Assembly (NCBI GenBank): GCA_963709345.1
Contig: CAVPVX010000007.1
Coordinates: 1-64,000 of the forward strand
Direction of reading: 5' to 3'
From: an uncultured Actinomycetes bacterium
GTDB taxonomy: Bacteria > Actinomycetota > Thermoleophilia > UBA2241
Length of the DNA stretch: 64,000 nt
A model generated the notes under the pieces. The model was not told the DNA's origin and did not search any database. It saw only the letters and a list, made by a program, of their open reading frames with translations. Positions 40,969 through 51,059 of this stretch are shown here, in pieces; the first letter of the stretch is position 1; the number at the start of each line of letters is the position of its first letter. The position numbers and the translations under genes are program-made.

Positions 40969-42282
40969 TCAGCCGCCGAAGAGCCGCTTGAAATCGTTGA
41001 ACGTCAGAAAGAGGAACAGCATGACGAGCAGGACGGTGCCGAAGGCGAACAGGCGTTCGAGGATGCGCGCGTCGAGCCGTCGCCCGCGCACCTTCTCGAT
41101 GAGGTTCACGGCGATGTGGCCACCGTCGAACGGCAGGATCGGCAGCAGGTTGATCAGCCCGAGGTTGAAGCTGAGGAAGGCGAGCAGGATCGGGTACCAG
41201 CTCTGCTGCACCGCCTGGCGGCTGACGTCGATGATGCCGACGGGGCCGACCGCTCCGTCCGGCCCGGTGGCGCTGATCCGGCCGCTGAACAGCCAGTAGA
41301 ACCCGGTGAAGGTGCCGACGACGACGTCCTTGAAGCCGATCAGCCCGAGCTTGACGGCCTCGACCGGGCCGGGCCTGTCACGCACCACTCCGGCGCGCAC
41401 CCCAAGGTAGCCGCTGCCGGGCGCGTCGGGGTTGTCGATGAGGCTCACGGAGACTGTGCGCTCGGGCCCGCCGGCCGCGGGCCGGTAGCCGAGTGCGATC
41501 TCCTTGCCCGGGTTGGCGCGGAAGTACGCCGAGGCCTCGTCCCAGGTGCTCCACGTCGCGCCGTCGGCGCCGGTCAGCGTGTCGCCGGCCACAAGGCCGG
41601 CCTCGGCCGCCGGCGCCCCGGGAACGACCTCGTCGAGCGTAAGCGTCGCCGTGGGCAGCCCCTGGATGCCGATGAAGAGGATCATGATCACGGCGGCCGC
41701 GACGAAGTTCATCACCGGGCCGGCCGCGATGGTCACGTTGCGCTTCCATACGGCCTTCTTGTAGTACACGCGGTCGCCGATGTCCTCCGGGACCTCCTCC
41801 TCGGGCATCATGCCGCTGATCTTGCAGAACCCGCCCAAGGGGATGATCCCCACACCGTACTCGGTCTCTCCGCGCGTCCGGCGCAGAGCGGCCGGAGGGA
41901 ACCCGACGTAGAACTTCTCGACGCGCATGCCGAAGGCCTTGGCGGCGATGAAGTGGCCGAACTCGTGCACGGTTATCAGCAGGGCCAGACCGAGGATCGC
42001 GACGACCCAGACCCACTGACCCATGACGAGCGCGACGACGACGGCGCCGCCCAGCAGCAGTGACCACGGGCTCAGGGCCCGCCGCTCCGGGGTGGGCGAC
42101 CTGGTGGAAGCCGGCGAAGTCCCGCCAGACGATCCGGTCGCATCCTCGGACGCCGCGGCGCCGGTGTCGCCGCCCGATGCCCCGGCGCCGGTGTCGCCGC
42201 CCGATGCCCCAGCGCCGGTGTCCCCGCCCGATGCCCCGGCGCCGGTGTCGCCGATCTTGGAGATGTCCTGCTCGTTGCTCAT
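40969..42282 (-). CDS. rseP: RIP metalloprotease RseP (M50, PDZ)
   Basis: HEFGH, AGPVMN and NLLPILPFDGG. It has an N-terminal low-complexity extension with 27-bp repeats. Confidence 0.93.
   Translation of the reverse strand: MSNEQDISKIGDTGAGASGGDTGAGASGGDTGAGASGGDTGAAASEDATGSSGGTSPASTRSPTPERRALSPWSLLLGGAVVVALVMGQWVWVVAILGLALLITVHEFGHFIAAKAFGMRVEKFYVGFPPAALRRTRGETEYGVGIIPLGGFCKISGMMPEEEVPEDIGDRVYYKKAVWKRNVTIAAGPVMNFVAAAVIMILFIGIQGLPTATLTLDEVVPGAPAAEAGLVAGDTLTGADGATWSTWDEASAYFRANPGKEIALGYRPAAGGPERTVSVSLIDNPDAPGSGYLGVRAGVVRDRPGPVEAVKLGLIGFKDVVVGTFTGFYWLFSGRISATGPDGAVGPVGIIDVSRQAVQQSWYPILLAFLSFNLGLINLLPILPFDGGHIAVNLIEKVRGRRLDARILERLFAFGTVLLVMLFLFLTFNDFKRLFGG
42159..42252 (-). repeat. 27-bp tandem repeat (GDTGAGASG, ~3.5 copies) in the rseP 5' end
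   Basis: gcgccggtgtcgccgcccgatgcccc(g/a) repeated in frame. Confidence 0.85.
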
Positions 42283-42393
42283 GTCGCTACACGATACCCG
42301 CTGAAGGTTGCGTCTGCATTAACGCACGGTCGTGACGCTCGGTTCGCCGCCCGCACCGGCCGCGCCACGAGGCGCCGTCGGCGAAGCGCGGCG

Positions 42394-42600
42394 CCACCGG
42401 CGACTCTACCTGCGGCACCACTCCCGGCACCACCGGCGACTCCACCTGCGGCACCATTCCCGGCACCACCGGCGACTCTACCTGCGGCACCATTCCCGGC
42501 AGCACCGGCGACTCTGCTGGTGGCACCACTGGCAGCACCACTGGCGGCACCACTGGCGGCACCACTGGCGGCACCACTGGCGGCACCACTGGCGGCACCA
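42394..42600. repeat. Compound VNTR: ~3.5 x 36 bp followed by ~6.5 x 12 bp (ggcaccactggc)
   Basis: ccaccggcgactc(t/c)acctgcggcacca(c/t)tcccggca repeats from 42394. The 12-mers run 42522-42600. Confidence 0.9.
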
Positions 42601-42766
42601 CGACTCGCACCACCACCGGGACTGCCGACGGTTCGCCTCTTGGCCGCCGGAAGACCGCTCGGCGTGTCGCGCCGCGGGCACGAGGCCACTGCCGTGAAGG
42701 CGCGTGTGATGAAGGCGGGTACGGTGAAGGCCAGCACGGCGCGGCGAGAGGCGGCGCGACGACGGA

Positions 42767-44099
42767 TCAGAGCGGGCCGCCGGCGGCTTCTCGAGCGAAG
42801 CGGCGCGCTTCGGCATCACTCTCGAACACGTCGTCGAGGCTTTCGACCGGCTCGTCGCCCAGCCAGGTGAGGCACTTCTCGACGACTTCGGCGATGGCGA
42901 GAAACGCGAGTCGCCCGGCGAGGAACGCCTCGACCGCGACCTCGTTCGCGGCGTTGAGCACGATCGGCGCCGCGACGGTGCGAGGCCGGCACGGTGTCTC
43001 GATCCCGGGCGCCGCGGAGCCGGATGCGGCCGAGTCTCCACGCGCTTCGCACTCGACGAACGCGGCCTTCTTGCCGGCTTCCTCGGCCAGTTCGAGACAC
43101 CGGAAGGTCGCCGTGTCGGGCCGTTCGAAGGCGATCTGCGTGGCGAAGAGGTCGAGACGGCGCACCTGCGGCAGCAGCGGCCGGTCCGGGTAGCCGAGGG
43201 CGTAGCCGATCGGCGTGCGCATGTCGGGGACGCCGAGGTGCGCGAGGACGGCGCCGTCGGAGAAGCGCGCCATGCTGTGCACCGTGCTCCGCGGATCGAG
43301 CACCACGGTGATGTGCTCGTAGGGCACGCCGAAGAGGTAGTGCGCCTCGATCAGCTCGAGGCCCTTGTTCATGAGCGTCGCAGAGTCGACGCTGATCTTG
43401 GGACCCATGGTCCAGTTGGGATGGGCAAGCGCCTGCTCGGGAGTGACGGCGGCCAGGTCCACGGCCTTGCGGCCGCGGAACGGGCCGCCGGAGCCGGTCA
43501 GCAGCAGTTCCTCGACTGCTGTTCCGGGGTCTGCGCCGGCGGGGGGCGTCGGCGCTCGCGGCGCCTCGGCCCGCGTGGAGGCACTGGAAGATGGCGCTGT
43601 GCTCGCTGTCGACGGGCAGGATCAGCGAGCCGGTACGCCGTGCCGCGTCGAGGACGAAGGGGCCGCCGGCGACCATGCTCTCCTTGTTCGCCAGAGCCAG
43701 CGTGGCGCCGACCTCGAGAGACGCCATCGTGGCGCGCAGACCGGCGGCGCCGACGATGCCGTTGAGCACCATGAGCTCGGCGCCTTCCGCGGCGGCGGTA
43801 GCGGCCGCCGCCGAGATCAGCTCGTACACGCCGGTCTCGCCGGCGTGTACCGTCAGTTCCGGCATGCGCGTGGACGCTTCTGCCGCGGCCCGCGCATCGT
43901 GCAGACAGATGACACGCACCCCGTGCGCGGCCGCCTGTTCGAGCAGGGCGGCCACGCCGCTGCCGGCGGCAAGCCCGACGAGCCGGACGGACGGCACGGC
44001 CGGCAGCACCTCGAGAGCCTGCCGGCCGATCGAGCCGGTGGCGCCCAGTATGAGCAGGTGTCTGGCCGCAGTCTCCGTTATGGCCGCAGTCTCCTTCAT
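42767..44099 (-). CDS. dxr: 1-deoxy-D-xylulose-5-phosphate reductoisomerase (frameshift at ~43500-43560)
   Basis: LGATGSIG, LALANKES, PVDSEHSAIFQC, HPNWTMGPKISVDSATLMNKGLE and LNAANEVAV. Confidence 0.95.
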
Positions 44100-44125
44100 G
44101 GCCGCAAGACTACCACGACCGCCGC

Positions 44126-45958
44126 TCACTGCCGGGGCAGACGGGCGAGCACGTCTTCGATGCGGTCGCCCGCCGGTCGTCGCAGCATCGCGTACCACGG
44201 GCTGACGGCCGTGATCGCGTAGCCGAACCCGCCCGTGGCCTCCAGTTCCGGCCGGCTCACGCCGGCCGTCTCCTCGAGCCGGACGACCACCGACGGCGCC
44301 ACCCGGTGGCGCCGGTAGTAGCTCAGCGTCGACTTCGGGAGCGGCGCCGAGCCATCCGCAAGCATCAGCTGGCAAGTGTTGGCGGCGATGGCGCCGGGCC
44401 AGTACAGGTAGTACCCGGCGCCCCACGGGTAAATGAGCAGTTCGTCGCCGTCGCGAGTCTGCGCCTCCAGATCGGTGGCGAAGCGTGTGAGGTCGTCGTG
44501 CTGCTCATCTGAGACGCCGATGCCCCACCAGGGCCCGGCGCTCACCCGCCGGTCGAGCTCGCTCCAGGCGATCCCTCCATGCTGGAACTGGACCTGGAAG
44601 GCGAGCGTCACGAGCACCACCGCGGCGAGCCCGGCAAAGGCCGGCCACCGGCGGCGGACCGCACCACCGGCGTCGCCCATCGTCTCGAGGCTCCACGCCA
44701 GGAAAAGGCCGCTGGCGAACAGCGCCGGGAAGAGGCCGACGGCAGCGTGCTCGAACCCGTCGGCGCTGGTGTACGCCGTCATCGCCCCCACGACCAGCGC
44801 CGGCGCCCATACCCACAGAAGGACGCGGGCGCCGTCCTCGCGGCGGCTCTCGGCGACGAAGAGGTAGAGATACGGCGCCCCCAGAGCGTAGGCGATCACC
44901 GCGCCGGAGACGCCCAGTCCCGACGTCGTGCCGGTGAGCCAGAGCGCGACGGGCACGCCGAGCAGCGCCCAGCGCGCGGCGTGCGGCCGGCGGCGGTAGA
45001 CGACGTAGACGAGCGCTGCCGCAAGCACCAGATACCACTGCCGGCCGGCGAAGACGAAGAAGTCGGCGGCCACCTGCACGGCCTTCGACGCACCGGCGAG
45101 CTGCCCGAGGTCCCTGGCGGAGCGCAGCGTGTACTCCCAGCTCCGCACGAGGTTCGCGCGCCCCGCGAGCAGCAGCACCCCGGCCGCGACGGGGGCCACG
45201 ACGAGCGTCCCTCCGAGCGCCCAGGCGCTGACCGCACGCCAGGCGCGAGGCCCGGTGGGCGGGCCGTCCGGGTCGGGCGGATGGAGAAAGGCGCCCGCAG
45301 CCACCATCGCGACAGCCCTTCGCCCCACGGAGAAGGCGAGAAAGACGGCCATGAACGGCACGGTGAAGAGGACGGTCGGGTACGCGACACAGGCGAAGCC
45401 GATGGCGGCGCCCGAGGCCAGGGCGTATCGTCTTCGCCCACCGGTCACGTACACCGCGCCGAGCGCCGCTCCCGCCGCGAGCAGACCGGCGCCCAGGGTG
45501 TTGGCCGTGAGTTGCGGCGTCTCGAACAGGATGACGGTGAGGAACGGCGCGGCGACGAGCGCCGCAAGCTCGGGCCGCAGGAGCCGCCGCGCGACCACGA
45601 ACACGGTCACGGCGACGAGCACGGCGAACCCGAGGTAGAGGTGCCGCCCGTAGATCACGAGTCCGGTCGAGTCCCCACCCCCCAGCAGCGCGTAGAGCTT
45701 GAAGAAGGGATACGAGAGCAGGCCGGCGGCCTGAGCGAGGTTCTGCTCGTTCACGAAGGGGCGGTCGCCGAGCGCCCAACGCCACGGCACGAGCACCGAG
45801 AAGCCCTCGTCGACAAGGTCCACCCCGCGCCAGAGCCGCCACCACGTGAAGGCCAGCGCGGCGGCCACGACGCCGCCCGCCGCAAGCGTGAGCCGGCGCC
45901 CACCCCCGGCGCTCACCGGCCGTTCAGCGGGTCCCGGCTCCGCCGTGGTCACCGGCAC
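44126..45958 (-). CDS. Polytopic membrane protein, probable GT-C (ArnT/PMT-like) glycosyltransferase
   Basis: More than 12 TM helices, a first-loop DE motif (GVDLVDEG) and a soluble C-terminal domain. Confidence 0.55.
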   Translation of the reverse strand: MPVTTAEPGPAERPVSAGGGRRLTLAAGGVVAAALAFTWWRLWRGVDLVDEGFSVLVPWRWALGDRPFVNEQNLAQAAGLLSYPFFKLYALLGGGDSTGLVIYGRHLYLGFAVLVAVTVFVVARRLLRPELAALVAAPFLTVILFETPQLTANTLGAGLLAAGAALGAVYVTGGRRRYALASGAAIGFACVAYPTVLFTVPFMAVFLAFSVGRRAVAMVAAGAFLHPPDPDGPPTGPRAWRAVSAWALGGTLVVAPVAAGVLLLAGRANLVRSWEYTLRSARDLGQLAGASKAVQVAADFFVFAGRQWYLVLAAALVYVVYRRRPHAARWALLGVPVALWLTGTTSGLGVSGAVIAYALGAPYLYLFVAESRREDGARVLLWVWAPALVVGAMTAYTSADGFEHAAVGLFPALFASGLFLAWSLETMGDAGGAVRRRWPAFAGLAAVVLVTLAFQVQFQHGGIAWSELDRRVSAGPWWGIGVSDEQHDDLTRFATDLEAQTRDGDELLIYPWGAGYYLYWPGAIAANTCQLMLADGSAPLPKSTLSYYRRHRVAPSVVVRLEETAGVSRPELEATGGFGYAITAVSPWYAMLRRPAGDRIEDVLARLPRQ

Positions 45959-45970
45959 ACCGGGCCGCGC

Positions 45971-46753
45971 TCAGAAGCCCAGAACGGTCGTCAGCACGAA
46001 GTAGGCCGCCACGGACGCCCAGATGAGCGCGTCGAAACGGTCGAGCACGCCGCCGTGCCCGGGGATGCCGCGGCCGGAGTCCTTGATCTGTACGTCGCGC
46101 TTGATGAGGCTCTCGAAGAGGTCCCCAAGAGGACCGGCGACGGCGATCACCGCGCCGAGCAGGAGCGAATCGACGGGGCCGAGCGGCGTGTAGAGGCCGA
46201 TGAAGACGACCAGCAGGACGGTGCTGATGGCGCCGCCGGCGAAGCCCTCCCAGGTCTTCTTGGGAGAGAGGACCGGCGCCATGGGCGTGCTGCCGAAGAA
46301 CCTGCCGGTGAAGTACGCCATGGTGTCTCCGGCCCACGTGCCGAACACGACCGTGAGCACGGCCTCCGTGCCCACGTCGAGCTGCCGCATCATCATCAGC
46401 GCGCTGAAGCCGAGACCGAGGTACAGCAGCCCGAGCAGCGTGACGGCCATGCGCACGGTCACCCCACGCTTGGGCCCGGCCAGCAGGCCGAGCAGCGCCG
46501 TCAGGAGGACCCCGACGCAGACGGCGCCAAAGACCGCGAACGGCGTCATGAACCAGGCGGCGGCGAGCATCAGCGCGAGCGTGATGAACCCGGCAAGCGG
46601 CAGCGGCCGGTACCGCTTGGTGAGCCGGTAGAACTCGCTGAGGCCGAGCAGCGCGAGCGCCAGCATCAGGAAGAAGAAGACCAGACCGCCGTGGACGACC
46701 ACGACGACGGCGACGACGGCGAGGACGACGCCGGTGATGATCCGCGTCGTCAC
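45971..46753 (-). CDS. cdsA: Phosphatidate cytidylyltransferase
   Basis: DTMAYFTG, SPKKTWEG and GDLFESLIKR...KDSGRGIPGHGGVLDRFD. Confidence 0.95.
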   Translation of the reverse strand: MTTRIITGVVLAVVAVVVVVHGGLVFFFLMLALALLGLSEFYRLTKRYRPLPLAGFITLALMLAAAWFMTPFAVFGAVCVGVLLTALLGLLAGPKRGVTVRMAVTLLGLLYLGLGFSALMMMRQLDVGTEAVLTVVFGTWAGDTMAYFTGRFFGSTPMAPVLSPKKTWEGFAGGAISTVLLVVFIGLYTPLGPVDSLLLGAVIAVAGPLGDLFESLIKRDVQIKDSGRGIPGHGGVLDRFDALIWASVAAYFVLTTVLGF

Positions 46754-47595
46754 GAGGCGGCCCCGTCGTCGCCCGCGGCGCGGCGCCCGCCGAAGCGGCG
46801 CTGGCGGCCGGCGTAGTCGGCCAGCGCCGCATCCAGGTCGGCCGGCCCGAAGTCGGGCCACAGCCGGTCGCTGAAGTACAGCTCCGAATAGGCGCACTGC
46901 CAGAGCAGGAAGTTGCTGATGCGCAGCTCCCCCGAGGTGCGGATCAGCAGTTCCGGATCGTGCATCTCCGGCGCGTAGAGATGCCGGCGCAGATCCTGCT
47001 CGGTGAACGAGGGAACAGGCGCGCCGCCGGCTTCACCGAGCGCGCCCTCCAAAGCGCCGCCGCAGCCCGCGGCGGCGAACTCGGCCGCCAGCCCTCCGGC
47101 GGCGTCGAGCACCTCTTGCCGGCCGCCGTAGCTGAAGGCGATGTAGAGCGTCATCCTCGTATTGCCCGCGGTGAGCGTCTCGGCCTCCTCGATGCGACGG
47201 ACGAGCTCGGCCGGCGCACCCTCACGACGCCCCACGAAGCGCACGCGGGCGCCGCGCTCGTGCATGTCCGGCACCTGCGAATCTATCATCTCGATGAAGA
47301 GCTGCATCAGCGCCTCGACCTCATCCTTGGGCCGGTTCCAGTTCTCGGTGCTGAACGAGTACACGGTGACCTCGCGGATGCCGAGGTCGAGAGCGTGCTC
47401 CAGCACCCGCCGCAGCGTCTTGGCGCCTGCCCGATGGCCCGCGGCGACCGGCAGTCTCCTGCTCTGCGCCCAGCGCCCGTTCCCGTCCATGATGATGGCC
47501 AGGTACCGGCAGGTGGCCCCGCCGGCCGCAGGCTCCGCGGCGCCGCGCACCCCGCGCAGGCGCCAGCGCGCCAGCCACTGCCGCAACGTCGTCAT
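46750..47595 (-). CDS. uppS: Undecaprenyl/polyprenyl diphosphate synthase
   Basis: IIMDGNGRW, FSTENWNRP and LIRTSGELRISNFLLWQ. Confidence 0.96.
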   Translation of the reverse strand: MTTLRQWLARWRLRGVRGAAEPAAGGATCRYLAIIMDGNGRWAQSRRLPVAAGHRAGAKTLRRVLEHALDLGIREVTVYSFSTENWNRPKDEVEALMQLFIEMIDSQVPDMHERGARVRFVGRREGAPAELVRRIEEAETLTAGNTRMTLYIAFSYGGRQEVLDAAGGLAAEFAAAGCGGALEGALGEAGGAPVPSFTEQDLRRHLYAPEMHDPELLIRTSGELRISNFLLWQCAYSELYFSDRLWPDFGPADLDAALADYAGRQRRFGGRRAAGDDGAAS

Positions 47596-47633
47596 GAGTC
47601 GCTCGATCCCGACCCGGTGCCCGAGGGCGCCGG

Positions 47634-48191
47634 TCAGACCTCGAGGATCTCCGTCTCCTTGTGCTTCAGCAGCTCGTCGATCTCGTGCACGTGGGCGTCC
47701 GTGTGCTTCTGCAGTTCGTGCTCGGCGCGCTTCTCGGCGTCCTCGCCGACCTCGCCCTCGTGGACGAGCTCCTTGAGGTCCTTCATGCAGTCGCGCCGGA
47801 CGTTGCGCACCGCGACGCGCCCGTCCTCGGCGAGCCGGTGCACCAGCTTGACCAGATCCTTGCGACGCTCCTCCGTGAGCGCCGGGATCGGCAGCCGGAT
47901 CAGGACGCCGTCGCTGCTCGGGTTGAGCCCGAGGTCACTCTCCATGATGGCCTTCTCGATGCTCTTCATCGCCGTCTTGTCGAACGGCTGCACGGTGAGC
48001 AGGCGCGACTCGGGCGCGGCGATGTTCGCCATCTGCTTCAGCGGCGTCGACGTCCCGTAGTAGTCGACGTGGATGCGGTCCAGCAACCCCACGCTGGCCC
48101 TCCCGCTGCGAACTGTGTTGAACTCGGTCTTGACGGCCTCGACGGCCTTGTCCATGCGATGCTTGGCGTCAGCGAGCAGCTCTTTCTCCAC
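47634..48191 (-). CDS. frr: Ribosome recycling factor
   Basis: RSGRA, DYYG, DLGLNP and LTEERRKDLVK. Confidence 0.97.
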   Translation of the reverse strand: MEKELLADAKHRMDKAVEAVKTEFNTVRSGRASVGLLDRIHVDYYGTSTPLKQMANIAAPESRLLTVQPFDKTAMKSIEKAIMESDLGLNPSSDGVLIRLPIPALTEERRKDLVKLVHRLAEDGRVAVRNVRRDCMKDLKELVHEGEVGEDAEKRAEHELQKHTDAHVHEIDELLKHKETEILEV

Positions 48192-48211
48192 CGGTCCTCC
48201 CTTTGCCGGGG

Positions 48212-48949
48212 TCAGCTCCCGGCGCGCGTGCGCACCACGGTGCCCACACGCTCGCCGGACAACACGCGCACGATGTTGTCGCCGGTCATCTTGAACACGT
48301 GGATCGGCATCTCGTTGTCCATGCAGAGGCTGAGCGCGGTCGTGTCCATGACCTTGAGCCCGCGCTCGATCGCCTGCAGGTGGGTCAGTTCGGGGATGAA
48401 CTCGGCCGACGGATCCTTCTCGGGGTCGGCGCTGTAGACGCCGTCATAGCGACGCTTGGCCATCAGGATGGCCTGCGCCTCGAGCTCGAGAGCACGCAGA
48501 GCGGCGGCGGAGTCGGTGCTGAAGTACGGGTTGCCGGTGCCGGCGGCACAGATGACGACGCGGCCCTTCTCGAGGTGCCGGATCGCGCGCCGCCGGATGT
48601 ACGGCTCGCAGACGGCGCGGATCTCGAAGGCGCTCATCACCCTCGTGTCGACGCCCTCGTCCTCGAGGGCGTCCTGGAGGGCGAGGGCGTTCTGCACGGT
48701 GGCGATCATGCCGATGTAGTCGCCGGTGGCGCGGTCCATGCCGGCGGCGGCGGCGGCCATCCCGCGGAAGATATTGCCGCCGCCTACGACAATGGCGATG
48801 TCGACGTCGAGCGAACGCGCCACCCTGATCGTCCCGGCGATCGACTTCGTCGTCGCCGGGTCGATCGCCCGCTCCTCGCTGCCGAGCGCCTGCCCGCTGA
48901 GCTTGAGCAGGACCCGATCGAAGGTGCGAGTGGGCGGCTCGCCTTCCAC
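48212..48949 (-). CDS. pyrH: Uridylate kinase
   Basis: VLLKLSG, VGGGNIFRG, GTGNPYFSTD, DGVYSADP and LKVMD. Confidence 0.96.
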   Translation of the reverse strand: MEGEPPTRTFDRVLLKLSGQALGSEERAIDPATTKSIAGTIRVARSLDVDIAIVVGGGNIFRGMAAAAAGMDRATGDYIGMIATVQNALALQDALEDEGVDTRVMSAFEIRAVCEPYIRRRAIRHLEKGRVVICAAGTGNPYFSTDSAAALRALELEAQAILMAKRRYDGVYSADPEKDPSAEFIPELTHLQAIERGLKVMDTTALSLCMDNEMPIHVFKMTGDNIVRVLSGERVGTVVRTRAGS

Positions 48950-48954
48950 AGCCG

Positions 48955-49566
48955 TCAGCCTGCCTCGACCGTCTCGCCGAGCTGGAAGCGCACGAACCGC
49001 CTGACCTCGACGTTCTCTCCGATCACGCCGACGAGGTCGGTGCGCACCTGCTCGATCGTCCGGTCGGGATCCTTGACGAAGGCCTGCTCCATGAGACACG
49101 TCTCAGCAAAGAACTTCTCCAGCTTGCCGCTGATGATCTTCCCGACGACGTTCTCCGGCTTGCCCTTGATCTGGTCGGACTCGGCGTAGATGGCCTTCTC
49201 GCGCTCGACCACGTCGGCCGGGACCTCGTCGCGGGTCACCCACAGCGGCGAGGAAGCGGCGACCTGCATGGCGAGGTCGTGCGTGAACTCCTTGAACGGA
49301 TCGCTGCGCGAGACGAAGTCGGTCTCGACGCCGACCTCCACCAGCACGCCGATCTTGCCGCCGGCGTGGATGTACGAGTCGACGGCCCCGTCTTTGGTGG
49401 CCCGGGCGCTCTTCTTCTGCGCGGTCGCGAGACCCTGCTTGCGCAACTCGTCCATCGCCTCATCGAGGTTGCCGGCAGTCGCGCTCAGCGCCTTCTTGCA
49501 ATCCATCATCCCGGCCCCGCTCTTGTCGCGGAGCTCCTTTACCAGTGCAGCGGTGATCTCAGCCAC
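48955..49566 (-). CDS. tsf: Elongation factor Ts (short ~200-aa form)
   Basis: VKELRDKSGAGMMDCKKAL, ETDFV and RRFVRFQLGE. Confidence 0.97.
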   Translation of the reverse strand: MAEITAALVKELRDKSGAGMMDCKKALSATAGNLDEAMDELRKQGLATAQKKSARATKDGAVDSYIHAGGKIGVLVEVGVETDFVSRSDPFKEFTHDLAMQVAASSPLWVTRDEVPADVVEREKAIYAESDQIKGKPENVVGKIISGKLEKFFAETCLMEQAFVKDPDRTIEQVRTDLVGVIGENVEVRRFVRFQLGETVEAG

Positions 49567-49611
49567 AGCACGATCCTTTCGTAGGGTCGGCGTTGTTCGC
49601 AGTCGTGTGGT

Positions 49612-50823
49612 TCAGTCGGCGGGCTTGGCGTCCGCCTCGTCCCCGGCCTTCTCGGCCTTGGGGTCCGCCTGGGGCTCAGCCTTCTTGGCTGCCGGCTTCA
49701 CGGGAGCCTTCTCGGCGGGCTTGTCGGCGGGCTTGGCCTCAGCCTTGGGCGCAGCCTTCTCAACCGGCTTGTCGGCTGGCTTGGCCTCGGCCTTGGGCGC
49801 GGCCTTCTCCGCCGGCTTATCGGCGGGCTTGGCAGCCTTCTCGGCGGGCTTGGCTTCGGCCTTGGGCGCCGGCTTGTGCGCGACGGGCTTGGCGGGCGCC
49901 TTCTCGGTCTCGGGCGCCTTCTTGGCGGGAGCCGGAGCGGCGGGAGCCGCCTTCTCGCCGGCGTCCTTTGCCGGAGCGGCAGCCGCGGCCTTGGCCTTTG
50001 CGGCCTCCTCAGCCTTCGCCTTCTCGGCCTCCTGGGCCGCCAGGCGGGCCGCCTCAGCGGCCGCCTCGGCTGCCTTGCGCTCCTGCTCCGCCTTGCGCTC
50101 GGCCTCAGCCTTCATCTCGGCCTCGGTGAGCAGCTGGCGACCCTGCGCCACGGCATCGGCCATCACGCGCACGATCAGCGAGCAACTGCGGATCGCGTCG
50201 TCGTTGCCGGGGATGATGAAGTCGATCTCGTCCGGGTCGCAGTTCGTGTCGACCAGGCCGATGATCGGGATCTTGAGCTTGCGTGCCTCTTTGACGACGA
50301 TGGCTTCCTTGCGCGGGTCGACCACGAACACGGCGGCCGGAAGGCGCTCCATGCCGCCCACACCGCCGAGGTTCTGCTCGAGTTTGCGCAGGTCGGCTCG
50401 CAACTGCATGGCTTCACGGGTGGGCAGGAGGTCGAGCGACCCGTCCTCCGAGAGGTGGCGCAGCTCGTGCATGCGCTTGATGCGCTTGCTCAACGTGGCG
50501 TAGTTGGTCAGCAGGCCGCCGAGCCAACGGTTGCAGACGTAAGGCATGCCGATGCGCTCGGCCTGCTCCTTGATGGGCTCCTGGCACTGCTTCTTGGTGC
50601 CGACGAAGAGGACGCTGCCGCCGCGCTCGGCGGTCTTCTTGAGGAAGTCGGCGGCCTCGTCGATCAAGACCGTCGTCTTCTGAAGGTCGATGATGTAGAT
50701 GCCACCGCGCTCGCCGAAGATGAACTGCTTCATCTTGGGGTTCCAGCGCCGGGTCTGGTGGCCGAAGTGGACGCCGCTCGTGAGCAGGTCCTTCATGCTC
50801 ACCGTGTGCTCGGGTGCAGGCAC
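49612..50823 (-). CDS. rpsB: 30S ribosomal protein S2 with long Lys/Ala/Pro-rich C-terminal extension
   Basis: [30 protein letters not shown] and [12 protein letters not shown] 50823 follows AGAAGGAG. Confidence 0.96.
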   Translation of the reverse strand: MPAPEHTVSMKDLLTSGVHFGHQTRRWNPKMKQFIFGERGGIYIIDLQKTTVLIDEAADFLKKTAERGGSVLFVGTKKQCQEPIKEQAERIGMPYVCNRWLGGLLTNYATLSKRIKRMHELRHLSEDGSLDLLPTREAMQLRADLRKLEQNLGGVGGMERLPAAVFVVDPRKEAIVVKEARKLKIPIIGLVDTNCDPDEIDFIIPGNDDAIRSCSLIVRVMADAVAQGRQLLTEAEMKAEAERKAEQERKAAEAAAEAARLAAQEAEKAKAEEAAKAKAAAAAPAKDAGEKAAPAAPAPAKKAPETEKAPAKPVAHKPAPKAEAKPAEKAAKPADKPAEKAAPKAEAKPADKPVEKAAPKAEAKPADKPAEKAPVKPAAKKAEPQADPKAEKAGDEADAKPAD

Positions 50824-51014
50824 GACTGACTCCTTCTGAAACGGTTTCTGGGCGGCGTGGGCCCGGCGCGGGAGCGCCGGCGGCGTACGCCGTCTCTCTG
50901 GTGCCGGCAGACGATCTGTGGAATCGGGCACGGCGGGCGCTCGCAGGCGCCTCCTGCCCGACACCGCCACAGACCTGGAGGTCCGCCGGGTCGGAATGGA
51001 CATAACGGCCGCAA

Positions 51015-51023
51015 ATCATACCA
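51015..51023 (-). promoter_or_regulatory. Extended -10 promoter of rpsB-tsf operon
   Basis: TGGTATGAT on the minus strand, ~190 nt upstream of the rpsB start. Confidence 0.45.
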
Positions 51024-51059
51024 GAAGCCGGCCGCCGCGCCCAGCCGACCAGCGCCCCG

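Noticed and set aside
42394-42520. 36-bp repeats as a CRISPR array
   Set aside because: The repeats are head-to-tail with no unique spacers, and no cas genes are present.
48440-48900. Unusual PyrH motifs (LSGQAL, AKRRYDG)
   Set aside because: GGG CAG versus GGC GAG is a simple base swap, plausibly sequencing error in this assembly.
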